A DNA stretch of 64,000 bases. It comes from Mobula hypostoma (lineage: Eukaryota). Positions 51,722 to 63,669 of this stretch are shown one piece after another (the first letter of the stretch is position 1; each line of letters starts with the position of its first letter). The stretch is from NCBI RefSeq assembly GCF_963921235.1, contig NC_086109.1, forward strand, positions 9,364,001-9,428,000. Direction: 5' to 3'. Position numbers and translations under genes: made by a program. The notes beneath the pieces were generated by a model. That model was not told the origin of the DNA, ran no database searches, and saw only the letters and a program-made list of their open reading frames with translations.

Positions 51722-52073
51722 GGGTGGCGGGGTGAGATACTCTACCAAAGGAGGTGTAGGGCGCTCCTTCCCTCCACTGGCCTGCAGGTCACCCTTGGAC
51801 AAGATGTAGCATCTGCTTAGCCCCCAATCAGGGTCACATGAAGCCATGGGAGCAGGTGGTGGATGGTCGTATGAGAAGCTGGTGCATATCACAAGTCCTG
51901 GTTATGCGACCACTGACGCCAGGCAGACAATCTCTGAAGAGTATTGATAATGGCTGGTTACCTGTCTTGTAAAGATACTTCCTAGAAGAAGGCAATGGCA
52001 AACCACTTCTGTAGAAAAATTTGCCAAGAACATGGAAAGACCATGATCACTCATGTCATATGACAAGGCACAT
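51722..52073 (+). mobile_element. RTE/BovB-related SINE
   Basis: Contains the BovB-type segment agaaggcaatggcaaaccactt...tttgccaagaa. Inserted into a CR1 3' fragment. Confidence 0.6.
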
Positions 52074-52977
52074 ATCAAATGAATGTTTGTATCTGCCTCC
52101 ACCAGTATTCCTTTGCAGCATATTCCAGGCACCCACCAATCTGTATGTTTTTTAAAAAAAAGACTTGGTCCATGCATCTCCTTTGGACTCCCCCCCACTC
52201 TAAATGCTTCTTCTCCAGTATTAGATTTTTCAACCCTGGGGGAAGAGGATAATGTCTGTATATGCAATCTCATAATTATATAAATTCTAATCAGGTCTTC
52301 CTTCAGCTTCCATCATTCCAGTGAAAGCTTATTCTAGTTTGTTCAACCTCTCCCCATGGCACATACCCTCTAATCCAAGCCGCATCCAGGTAAATCTCTT
52401 CTGTCCCCACATCCTCCTTATAATGGAGAGTCCAGAATTGAAAGCAATACTCAAGTAATAATTTTTAAATGGTTACAAATTGAGAAATATTGATGTTTAC
52501 TGGCACCAGGATGTCCTTGTATATAAGTAACTGAAAATTGATTAACACATGCAAAATGCTGGGAGAACTCTGCAAGCCAAACAGCATCTATGCAGGGGAA
52601 ATAAATAATTCATTCCCCTCCATAGATATTGCCTGACCTGCTGAGTTCCTCCTGCATTGTGTGTGTGTTGCTCAAGATTTCCAACATCTGCAGAATCTAT
52701 TACTTAACTGAAAATTGATGTTTCGGTACAATGGAGGTTAGAGTAGAGGGTGGTACACTTTCTTATTTTGATTAGAATACGGTAAAGTTGCCTTACTGCA
52801 ATTTTATATACAGTTGTGGCCCTTCTACCTCATAATGTCAAATACTTGCCACAGGGAACATGCAATAAAGATTCACAAGACTGGTTGCAGGGATGGACCA
52901 TCTTTTGAAGATGTGCTTGACAGTGGGTGGGTTGTGCCTATGGTGGAGCCTGCTGAGCTTGTATTGGAGCCTCCATA

Positions 52978-53850
52978 CATAGACATACTTTATTGATCCC
53001 AAGGGAAATTGAGTTTCGTTACAGCTGCACCAACCAAGAATAGAGCATAAATATAGCAATACAAAAAACACAAACAATCAAACAACAATATGCAAACTAT
53101 GCCAGATGGAAATAAGTCCAGGACCAGCCTATTGGCTCAGGGTGTCTGACCCTCCACGGGAGGAGCTGCAAAGTTCGATGGCCACAGGCAGGAACAACCT
53201 CCCATGACGCCCAGTGTTGTATCTCGGTGGAATATGGCCGGAGTCCAACAGCAAAAAGTTCAATATCCGGGCTATAAACACGTTCCTCAATTGTAATATG
53301 ACCAGGATTGCACCATTCGTTGTTGACCAGAACAGCAAGCCCCCAACTCCTTTACGCTTACCGCTCTCAGTGCACTTCCGGTCAGCCTGAACGGTCTGGA
53401 AGCCCTCCATGGAAAAGTTTTGGTTGGGTATGTCCACGTGCAGTCCAAGTGGAGAACTCCTCTTCTCCATAAGTCTTTGTTGTCTTGACCCGGTCCTCTT
53501 TCCTCACCTTTTTGATCCCCCCTGCATCCTCTGTGTGTTTTCCTCCAGATTTCAGCCGGGGTGTCTGCCGCTCTGTTCGCTAAACTGGCCGGCATAAGCT
53601 CAGTCAGCTGGTCCCTGGAATAAACAATGCGACCATACTGCTGCTCCGCTAACGAGACGTGTCCGAATGTAACTACTTCCAGCGATTTTAAAAACCCAAA
53701 AAAAACTCTCTCCACCAGCATGTTAGAGAGGGTGCAGCTTCAACGTGTTACCGTGAAAAAAAAAACAACAAATAACGTGTTAAAAAAAGTCGGAAAACTA
53801 GTGAGAATGGCTGTAAAAGGCTGCATGCAGGACTGGCGCATGCGCACTGA
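52978..53850 (-). mobile_element. Young, internally deleted Rex1/Babar derivative
   Basis: The minus strand joins a 5'UTR and ORF start (RIVYSRDQL), an endonuclease piece (GFQTVQADR...SGKRKG.G) and the extreme 3' end (GRHGRLFLPVAIEL). CpGs are retained. Confidence 0.75.
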
Positions 53851-54092
53851 ACTAGTCAGACTGCTGTCCATCGTGCTTCTATAGAAGTTTTCAAGAGTTG
53901 TTGGTGACGTATCAAATCTCCTTAAACTCCGAATGAAGTAAATAAAGGAAAATTGAGTAGGCTTTATCTATATTCTGTGACTTAAGATGAAATGTGATCT
54001 TAGTGACACAAAGTTAAGATGTTTCCCTTGGCTGTGTGTCTAGAACCGGGAGTTGTTGTTAGGATTGAAAGGAGGGGTTTCCTCATCTAGAG

Positions 54093-54172
54093 CAGGGGTT
54101 CCTGACTTTTTATATGCCATGGACCAATGTCATTAAGCAAGGGGTCCACGGACCGCAGGATAGGAACCCCTG
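54093..54172. mobile_element. Tiny hAT-Charlie MITE
   Basis: TIRs CAGGGGTTCCT / AGGAACCCCTG. TSD atctagag/atctagtg matches the Charlie NTCTAGAN target preference. Confidence 0.85.
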
Positions 54173-54674
54173 ATCTAGTGGGGTGGTAAATGTATAGATT
54201 TCTTACACTGGAGGGCCATGGAGTTCCAGTCGTTGATGTTCATTGAAACACAGACTGAGAGACTTCAGGATATTAAGAAAATGAAATGCAGTGGCAGAGT
54301 GAGAATGGGGCAACATGACAGTGTAGGGGTTAGTGTAACGATTTACAGTGCCAGTGACCAGAGTTCAGCTGCTGCTGCTGCCGATACGTGCTCCCCATGA
54401 CCATGTTTGTCTTCTCCCACATTCCAAAGGTGTATGGATTATTAAAGGTTAGAAGGTTGTGGGTATGCTGTGTAGGCACCGGAAGCACGGTGACACTTCA
54501 GGCTGCACCCAACTCATCCTCGGACTGTACTGGTTGTTGACGTAAATAATGCAGTTCACTATATGTTTTGATGTACATGTGACAAATAAAGCTGATCTTT
54601 GAAAAGTTATGTCAGTGCGTGTGCGTGGGTGAGAGGGAGGAAGGGGCTTGTCAGTCAGGTTTAATATCACTGAC

Positions 54675-55253
54675 TTCTCTCTCTTAGGCCCTCCCTTGGT
54701 TGGGGTCGACCATGGATATTACGTGCCAGCTGTCTATGTAATATGCAAGCAAGCCAGAACAATACAATATGGAGAGTAAGCTGTTGCCCATGCAACAGGC
54801 TCCCTCTCCACACAGCTGATGAATCCAAAGGAACGGCAGAGACTGATACAGTTAGGCACCAGCAGTGTCACAGGAGTTGCCAATCATTGTTCAGCTCAAC
54901 ATAGGACTGCCTTAGGGACTCCAGCTCTGCATTTTTCCTCTGGGTTTACTTCCGAAACCTTCCCCATGAGTAGGTCTCGCCGAAAGGCAGCAGAGGTTTG
55001 GGGTCGGAGTTTTCCTTCTAGATGTTGACAACGAGCCCCAGCTGCCTGAAATTACTGGTTTTAAGGCACCAATAACCCACCTTTGCCCCTTCTGTCAGTA
55101 GAAACAGTTCTTCCGGGCTTGGTAGCCACGTGTAGACTAAGAACTGGACTTGGTTGTCAGATGCTATTTGAGGTGCACACCATTGGGAACATTTAATAGG
55201 TAGTGGGAGTTTATCCCCATTACCATCCCTGGCTAGAACAACTTTAAGGAACC
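54675..55253 (-). mobile_element. Non-autonomous retroelement, family uncertain (possibly Ingi/Vingi- or RTE-related)
   Basis: Splits a Rex/Babar tail and is flanked by tatcactgac/tattactgtc. Has a (ga)n tail on the minus strand. Confidence 0.45.
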
Positions 55254-55910
55254 TATTACTGTCATATGTCATGAAATTTGCTGCTTTGCGGCAGCAGTGA
55301 TTACAATAAGAAAAATATATACTTACAATCTATACAAATTAAATAAATGCCAAAGGAGAGCAAAAATAGAAAGGTCATGTTCGTGGATTGTTTTGCTGTT
55401 GTTTTTGTTCTGTTTACAGGGTGATAAATCTGAATCTATAGGATAGTGCATGGAAATTGGAACTGAACGAGCAGATAATCACAATCTTTATGGATCGTGG
55501 AGTTGGCCTTCTCATTCTCACTGTGTAGTAACTATTTGTAGCAGTCTGTGGCTTAATGGATTACCTGTATACTGTTTTCTGATATGTATTTGGTGGTAGC
55601 TTTCCAAATTGTATTCCATATACATTAAGTACCCAGCATGACAGCAGCGTTTCCACTTACTGAGGAAATTGAGGCGAGCGAGGCTTCCCTTAACCCCCCC
55701 CCCCCCAAAAAACTCCTATCCTAACTAATTTTTACAGGAACACCATTGAGAGTGTTCTGAACAGAGTGTTCTCATCATCATCTAGTATGGGAATTGCATC
55801 TGACTGCAAGACCCTACAAAGGATTGCAAGGACTGCTGAGGAGATCACTGGGGTCTCTCTTCCACCCATCTGAGGTATTTATCAGGAGCGCTGCATGTGC
55901 AGGGCCCTAA

Positions 55911-56425
55911 AGGCTGATTTATACTTGTGCGTCAAATCGACGCTGTAGGTACGGCGTAGCCGCGAACCCTACACAGTGCCTACATGGATCCCTACACCGT
56001 AGCCTGATGTGCACCTCTCCCAAAATGTAACTACACGTTGCGGCAACGCAGACCGCAACAACTGTGATTGGTCTGCTTGGTAGCATCGCATTTCCTCCTA
56101 CGCTGCAATAGCTTCCCATTGGGCGACTGAAGGGCAGGGAAGGAACTCTGGCTGCAATGCTTTCCATAAAGCTTTACAAGCCTCCGTAATTATGGAGGAC
56201 ACACTTTGCTTTTACGAAAAAAGATGCTCTCTTTAAACTTGTTTACCCCAAGAAAGACTACCGTGACCATGAAGCCTTGCACGGGCTGGTGTGTGCACAT
56301 GCGTGACGTGCGCGAATTGTGGAGTGACGCTGACACACCAATGCACAAGTATAAATGCTCACAACGGCGTAGCCCACTTGCTTAGGCTACGGCGTAAGCT
56401 GGTATGCACAAGTATAAATCAGCCT
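55911..56425. mobile_element. PIF/Harbinger MITE
   Basis: Perfect 20-bp TIRs AGGCTGATTTATACTTGTGC / GCACAAGTATAAATCAGCCT flanked by TAA and TTA. CpG-rich. Inserted in a Rex/Babar fragment. Confidence 0.88.
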
Positions 56426-59400
56426 TTAGCATTGTCAGTGGTCCCCCCCATCCAGCCAACAAACTGTTTGGCTCCCTACCATCAGGCAGTAGAACAAGGA
56501 CTGTTAGGATGGGAAACAGCTTCTTTCCCTAGGTTGAGATACTACTGAACACCCTGCCGCCAGCCGTGTCTCATCACATATGAAGTGCCACTAGTGTTTT
56601 GCTGTTTACTTTTTAATTTGTGTCACAAATGTATCTTATTATTTATTAAGTTATATGTGGTAATCTAATGTGTGTGTGAGTTACATGTACAGTGTTGTGC
56701 ACCTTGGTCCAGAGGAGCATTGTTTTGTTTGACGGTATACATGTATATGATTGAGTGACAATAAGCTTGAACTTGATGGTTTTATAGAAAGTGAAACAGG
56801 CACAAGGAGTGAATGGCTACACCTGCGTTTACGTTCTTATTCCTCTCACCAGGTACAAGAACAGATTTTCTTGATTTCTCAGCCTCAGCTTTTATTTCAG
56901 CTTTTAACTCACTCCAGAGGAGTATAAATTGCATTTTTCTTCTTAAAGAAAGTTTTTCTGTTACACCTGCAAGTTTTCAGCTGTGTTTGTGATCTTCTGA
57001 AGGATAGGAATCCTCTCCAACTATCTCCAACTCTCGAACTACAAATTGTTCATTGAATTGTTTGGTGTATATGTTTTAATAAACTGTTTTCCAGAGCTTG
57101 TAGAGAGATCTTGTGGCTTTAGTTTGAGTTATTTTTTGTGTTTCTTTTTGTAAAATATCAGTAGTATTGTAACAATTGAATTATCCAGCTGAGGGTAAAT
57201 ACCTGCTGGTAAAACCATTGAACAAAGGCTGAATGCATTCCCTTAGAATAGATCTACAGGCATATAATCGCATTTGGAGAGCCGTGCATAATTTTCATAT
57301 AATTTCCCTTCAGCTCTGTTCAGCTATTTCTCCAGAATAACTTCTTGTTAAAACTCAGAAGGCTGTATATTTAGTTTTGTGTTAAGAGTTTGGCGTATAG
57401 GGGAACAGCTCTAATTAGCAGATGGATTATGAAATATTCACAGACCTGATTATTGTTTTGTAATTCCACGTTGAAATGATTTGAGCAGCATGGAATGTAG
57501 GAATCGATGTAGCCATGATATGCTCCATCCACCCTCATTAATATTGCTTCACCAACCACAAAAAACAAAGCCTTGTGCCTCATTAACTGAAAGATTTAGG
57601 TGTAAACAATGACTGTGTGTGATTTAATGTGAAAGATCTTGTATGTGTAAAATCTCACACCAGCAAGAAATCTGATATTTTAGTCCAGTAGATGAAGATT
57701 TTCTGTAGTCAAATAGAATCACACTTCTCCTTTTGAAATTGTTATTCCCTTGTTATTTCTTTGCAGCAAATCTGATTTTGTCAAACTTTTCTTAAAATGG
57801 GCTGCTTCAAAAGAATAACATTTTGTAATTTTAAAGTTCATCAAAGCCATGTAATGTAACCTGTAAATCTTTGGATAAGTGGAAGCATTTTCACCAGCAC
57901 TACTTTATCATTTCCTGTCGGAGACATGTTATGTACAGATACTCCAGTGTCTAGCATCACTTTGTGTACGTGCAATCAGTCTATGAATATCAGTTAATAC
58001 TATGTATCTATAAAGTGTTCTTTATTGTGTTCTTTGTGCTCAGCGTGTTTTTTTTATGCTGCCTTGGACGTGGAGTAACCATCATTTCAGTCTCCTTTAC
58101 TCTTGTGTACTGACGAACACAATCTTGAATCTTCAAAATAAAATGCAGAGATAATATAATCCAGGTTTTCCTCAGTTCTCATTTATTCCCTCCAACCTTA
58201 AGCCCCAAGTCAATGGTTGATCACTCTGGTAGATCCCCTGGATGGTAATAAGTTGTTCAGGTTGGAAAGGTTTTATAAAGATCAGCAGAAGTAACATGTC
58301 TATGTGCCTCCATGCCTGTGAAGTGAAAATCCAGTGCTCTTCCTTATTGCTGTTACAAAACTTCTATTGTTGTATAACGCAAATATTCCATCAGATCTGC
58401 TGTCAATGTCCCATTGGTTTTGTTGACCTTTATTGCCAGATATTTACTGTCAATTTTCATCTGAATTCTATATTTAACATTTTAAAAGTTGTACCTGCTA
58501 ACAGGTTTTACAAATAATGTCTCTATGTTAAATATTGTTAATTAAAATGACGTATCAATACAGTTGTTTGAGGGGAAAAATAAGTAAATCTATTTTCACC
58601 ATTACTTCACTCTAGGTTAAAGGCATACGTGCTCTATGATGGCTTGAGTTTGTTTACCATGACTCCAAGTGGAGGCATTTAGAACTGAGACTGGGCAGCT
58701 TTCCCACTAATGGCCAAGACTAGGTAAGGACAAACGATGTCATCCTCGAAGCTAGTAACCATATTCTTCTACTGAGGTAAGTAGATGAGTGGCAAATAGC
58801 TACACTTAAAGCACCTGTAACTTATAAAGATAAGGAGGTATGGTAGTGTAATGGTTAGCATAATGCTATTAATAAGATCTGGGTTCAATTCCACCACTGT
58901 ATGCAAGTGTTGTAAATTCTCCCCGTGTCTGTGTGGGTGTTCTAGTTTCCTCTCACATTCCAAAGATGTTTTGTTAGGGCTAGTGGGTTGTAGGCATGCT
59001 ATGATACTGGCAACACTTGCGGGGTGCCCAGCACAGTCCTCGATGTTTTAACATAAGTGACTCATTTCACTGCATGTTTCGATGTACATATGACAAATGA
59101 AGCTAATTTTAAAATCTTGATTTTAAAGCCTGCTCACAACTCACTAACGCTAACCCATATGTCTTGGAATATGGGAGGAAACTGGAGGAAACCCACATGG
59201 TCACGGGGAGAACGTACAGGCTCCTTACAGACAGCGGCAGGACTTGAACCTTGATCTTGCAGCAAGTACCGTAAAGCATCATGCTAACCATTATATGCCA
59301 CTGTATCGCCCAATATGAGATGTTTTATAACGTGTCTTCTAACAAAATCTCAAAATTGAATCCTACAGTACAGTACTTCATTCATGCAAATCTTCATGCC

Positions 59401-60457
59401 CATCTTGGCTAATCCCATTTCCCTGAATTATGTCTGTATCCCCTACGCCTTTCCTATCTGAGTACCTTTCCAAATGATGTACTTGTACCTGCCTCTACAG
59501 GTCCTTCTACATAACTACGAAACCCTCTGAGAAAAATTTACTCAGATCACCTCAAAATTCCATCCCCCTCACCCTAAATATTCATTTGTTCATTCATCAG
59601 CAACTCCCAATTTAACCCTAGCCATTTATGAGGCAATTTATAAGGACCAATTAACCTGCCAACCAGAAAGTCTTTGGACTGTGTGAGAAAACCCTCTGTC
59701 TGGGTGGAGCATCCTGAGGAAACCCATGTGGTAACTCTAGTTCTAGAATCGCTTGTCCTGGGCAAAAGGACTCTGATTATCTATCCATCTATACCCTTCA
59801 GAACATTATAAATTCATAAGATTACTCAAATGTAATTAATAAATTCAGCAAATTATGTGTATGTAATGTTTTCTCAGTTCTTAATGTGTTGTAGACCATC
59901 CTTACTGTATTTTATTCTCTTTTTTTTCACATACAAGACCAGGATGGTAAAGATCCAGTTTCATGCTTTTCAAATATGGTCTTGGTATTCAGATGGTGTA
60001 AGTTAAGAATTCGGTGCTAGTCAATACACAAGCTTGGTTTTGTAACGAGAACCATTTTGCTGGAGGAACTCCAGAGTATCGCACAGCATAGCGACTATGT
60101 GAGGAAAGGAATTGAAACCTGTGCAAGATCTTGACCTGGAACATTGACAGTTCCTTTCCTCTCACAGGTGATGCTCAATCCACTAAGTTCCTCCACTGGT
60201 TGTTGCTCCAGATTCCTGCATCTGACTCTGTCTCCAATCTGCTGGAGAAACTTAGTGGCCCTAGTTAAGCTCTGTAATGTAAAGGGAGGGATGAGGGGTT
60301 GAGACTTCAGGAGCAGTCAGGTTAGTATGAACAAAGGTCAAAAGAAATGTGACATCAAAAGTCAGAACACCAAAGAATTTTTAATTATTAGAAATTGTGG
60401 TTCTAATTAGATTTAAATGAGTTATGTTTTAATCTTCATATATTAATGTTCTGATGT

Positions 60458-60675
60458 TTTTCTGTGTTTGGGGCCCTTGGTTCCCAATGGAGAGTAGGCC
60501 ATCAATGACCTGTCTCCATCGTCCTCTGAAGTCGACGGTATGTTTGAAGTTCATCAACACTTTAGCAATCCATTGCATCCAATGGGCTTGGCCTATAAAA
60601 TTTCACCAGAGCCCTGTTGGCCAGCCTTACCCATTTTCACCTCTCACGACAGGGATGTAGGGTTGGACTGAGAGG
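60458..60675 (-). mobile_element. RTE-tailed SINE-like element, copy 3
   Basis: Perfect 11-bp TSD TGTTCTGATGT (60447-60457, 60676-60686). Homologous to copies 1 and 2. Confidence 0.78.
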
Positions 60676-61735
60676 TGTTCTGATGTACATATATTGAAAT
60701 AATTTAAATATTAAATGAGCTAATGTATATGTAATAAAAATGGGCTATGTAGGAGGGAAAAGTTAGATTGATTTTAGGATAGGTTTAAACGTTAGCACAG
60801 TAACGTGGGCCTAAGGGCCTTTACATAGAAACATAGAAAACCTACAGCACAGTACAGGCCCTTCGGCCCACAAAGCTGTGCCGAACATATCCTTACCTTA
60901 GAAATTACCTAGGATTACCCATAACCCTCTATTTTTCTAAGCTCCATGTATCTATCTTAAAAGACCCTATCATATTTGCCTCCACCACCATTGCCGGCAG
61001 CCCATTCCACACACTCATCACTCTCTGCATTTTAAAAAAAAGAACTTACTCCTGACGTCTCCTCTGTACCTACTTCCAAGCACCTTAAAACTGTGCCCTC
61101 TCGTGCTAGCCATTTCAGCCTTGGGGAAAAGGCCTCTGACTATCCACACAATCAATGCCTCTCATTATCTTATACACCTCTATCAGGTCAAAGAGGTGTA
61201 ATATTACTGTGCTGTAATATTCAGTATTTGAAACCTAATACAAAACATCATGTTTTTCTGCAGTCCTTTAACCAATCTCAGGTGAGGTATTTAACAGAGA
61301 AGGAGCAAGTGGAAGTGGGGTGAATCTTACAGGAGGCTTTTGTGGCTTTTTTAAGGAGACTGTTTAGGTCGGGGTGCCTACTGTTTGGGCTGGTATTTCT
61401 TCATAGACCAGTTTTGAATGGTGGCAGGGCTTGAACCATTGTTCAAATTGGCAAAACTGAGCAAACAAAAATCTGTACTTAAGGGATATTGAATTTTAAA
61501 ACAAATATTTTTGAATATTGCAGAATTTTAACACAACTGCAAAAGCTGTACAATACTTTTTGTCTGAATTGCTTCTAAACTTTCCTCATGTTATAGAAGG
61601 CTCACACAAAGAATCCGGTATTTAATATCAACAGTTCACTTTACTTTCTATTGACTACAATGGGTTGGAGTTCCAGAGATGAACTGCATCTGTGTTAATT
61701 TGTTTTATTTAGAGATCAGCTGGTCTGCTGAAGCC

Positions 61736-61801
61736 ATGGGGAGCTGCTGGAGCTGTCTGGATAAAGACACAATCTCAGAAAACCATCCAACTAAATTCAA
61801 G
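61736..61801 (+). CDS. FRS3: FRS2/FRS3-family adaptor (FRS3-like), first coding exon: MGSCWSCLDKDTISENHPTKFK
   Basis: Strong Kozak context GCCATGG at 61733-61739. Acceptor ...ttttatttag ends at 61712, so the exon probably starts at 61713. Donor AAG|gtaac at 61802, phase 0. The peptide matches the myristoylated MGSCxSC...NHxxKFK N-terminus of FRS2/FRS3. Not present in the ORF track. The paralog call (FRS3 vs FRS2) is less certain than the family call. Confidence 0.93.
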
Positions 61802-62389
61802 GTAACATTTTAAAGTCCACGATTTAAAACAATTGGAACACTTAGCCATGCAAAGGGAGATCAGTTGTTACTATTTTCCCTATTTAGCACTGACTTGCAG
61901 TTTTCTAAAATCCCAATTTTTTTTTCTCTCTGTTTGTGGTCTGCGTGAAGGCTTGTTCTCTTTTGGCATGTAGATCCAGTGCAGATATCAGCTCGATGTT
62001 CTGGTTTGGCAGTTGCCTATTAATGGAGACTTCTGCAAACTTTCAGATCTTTGAACTTAAAGCAGGAATGTCAGAGAGTAAGAAATAGAACTGTTATCAG
62101 GAATCATGAAACGTTGTTCTGGTTTCAGTGGCTCATTTTGTCTGTTGTGTTTTGGGTTCAACAACTGATCTAATTCCAACATAGATAAACACTCTAAACT
62201 GCCCTATTGTGCGCATTGAGTCCAGAGGAGGTGTTTTAGGGAAAGTGTTGTGAAGGTGATGTTTTCAGAAATTTTTCAAGGAGACTGCATGATGCTAGAG
62301 TGATACAGATGAAGACCTTGTTATTGTTGATGGAGCGGGGCCTGGTAGAGATAGGACACTTGCCTACAGTATTGGACAGAATGACATAT

Positions 62390-62580
62390 GATTGGGTTGA
62401 GTTGTTCACTGATCCTGGCAATTTACTTGCAAGTGTTTCGTCACTATGTGAGGAGACATTGTCAGTGCGCTGTTGATTGTGATGTGCCCTCTGAATTCTT
62501 GCCCTTTATATACTTATAAATCAGCTGATTGGTCATCATTTCGGAAACTGATTGCTGATTGGCTGTGTGGCGAACTTCGT
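62390..62580 (-). mobile_element. Penelope-like pLTR (second family) with hammerhead motif, in the FRS intron
   Basis: Minus strand: ccaatcag...tatataaa...gcactgacaatgtctcctcacatagtgacgaaacacttgcaagtaaattgccaggatcagtgaaca. Homologous to 17277-17425. Confidence 0.7.
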
Positions 62581-63482
62581 GCACTGCGGTCAGGACTACC
62601 ATCAACCACCCGAGCTACACATCTTCCGAATTGTTTCCAGAATGACGTTTGTTGATGGCATTTGGACAAGGAAGGAGGAGCATGTCCCCGAACTACATGT
62701 AAACATCAAAAATATTTTGAAACCCCTCAGCTGTGGAACAGGAAGATGTTGCAGCAGACTTTGTCTATCCAGACTTTGTCATGGATAGGATGCATCAATG
62801 GAGGTCCAGGTGATGTGGATGTTAAGGAAAGAATCAGAATCAGGTTTATTATCACTGACGTATGTCCTGAAATATGTTCTTTTGTGGCAGTAGTTACAAA
62901 GATAGTGTAAAAGATGTATGTAAAAGCAAAAATTATAGGAAGTTTAGTTTGTTGATAACTTTTTACTTGGACGTACTGCACCCTTGCTGCCCATTTATAC
63001 CCATGTGATACTCATAATGTGACAGTGTTGGATGAACACTTGGCTGGCTTATTATAGCTTTGGACTCAATACAGTATCAGATTGATTCCAAGAATGTGGA
63101 AGTTGCTGTGCCTGTAGCCGATTGATCGCGCAGTGAATCGATTGGGCCCCTGACTAACGGAGGGCTCTCTCCTTTCGCGCGGGCTTTCGAGTACATATGC
63201 TTTTCATCCTGGTGGGCCTGATTTGTCACTCCCACACTTGAGTTGAACAGCACGTACCATTACAATTGTGACTCAGTAAAAATGTTTAATTATACTACTC
63301 TGTTGTCGTTCTTGCTCTGCGCATTCATAACACTCAGTATAAGAACGGTGATGTAGAAGAACCAAGGCTTGTTTGGGCAGGCATGGGGATGCTGTGTGTT
63401 TTTATATGTATTCATCTGCATCTTTGAGTAAGTAATCTGTCTATGTAACACATATCATGCTGTTCTGTATTCTGTCTTACAG

Positions 63483-63669
63483 GTGACAAATGTGGATGAT
63501 GATGGTAATGAACTGGGCTCTGGGATCATGGAACTGACCAACTCTGAGTTAATTTTGCACACCAGGAAACGAGATGCTGTGAGATGGCCTTACCTCTGTC
63601 TGCGCCGTTATGGCTATGATTCCAACCTCTTCTCATTTGAAAGTGGAAGAAGATGCCAAACTGGGCAAG
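63483..63669 (+). CDS. FRS3: FRS2/FRS3-family adaptor, second coding exon (IRS-type PTB domain)
   Basis: Acceptor tcttacag|GTG and donor CAAG|gttggt bound a 187-nt exon in frame with the previous one. It translates to VTNVDDDGNELGSGIMELTNSELILHTRKRDAVRWPYLCLRRYGYDSNLFSFESGRRCQTGQG, the FRS PTB domain. The gene continues beyond the window. Confidence 0.95.

Noticed and set aside
55125..55137. Possible HDV-like P3/L3 (minus strand GTC-TACACGT-GGC)
   Set aside because: I could not identify matching P1 and P2 helices in this single decayed copy.
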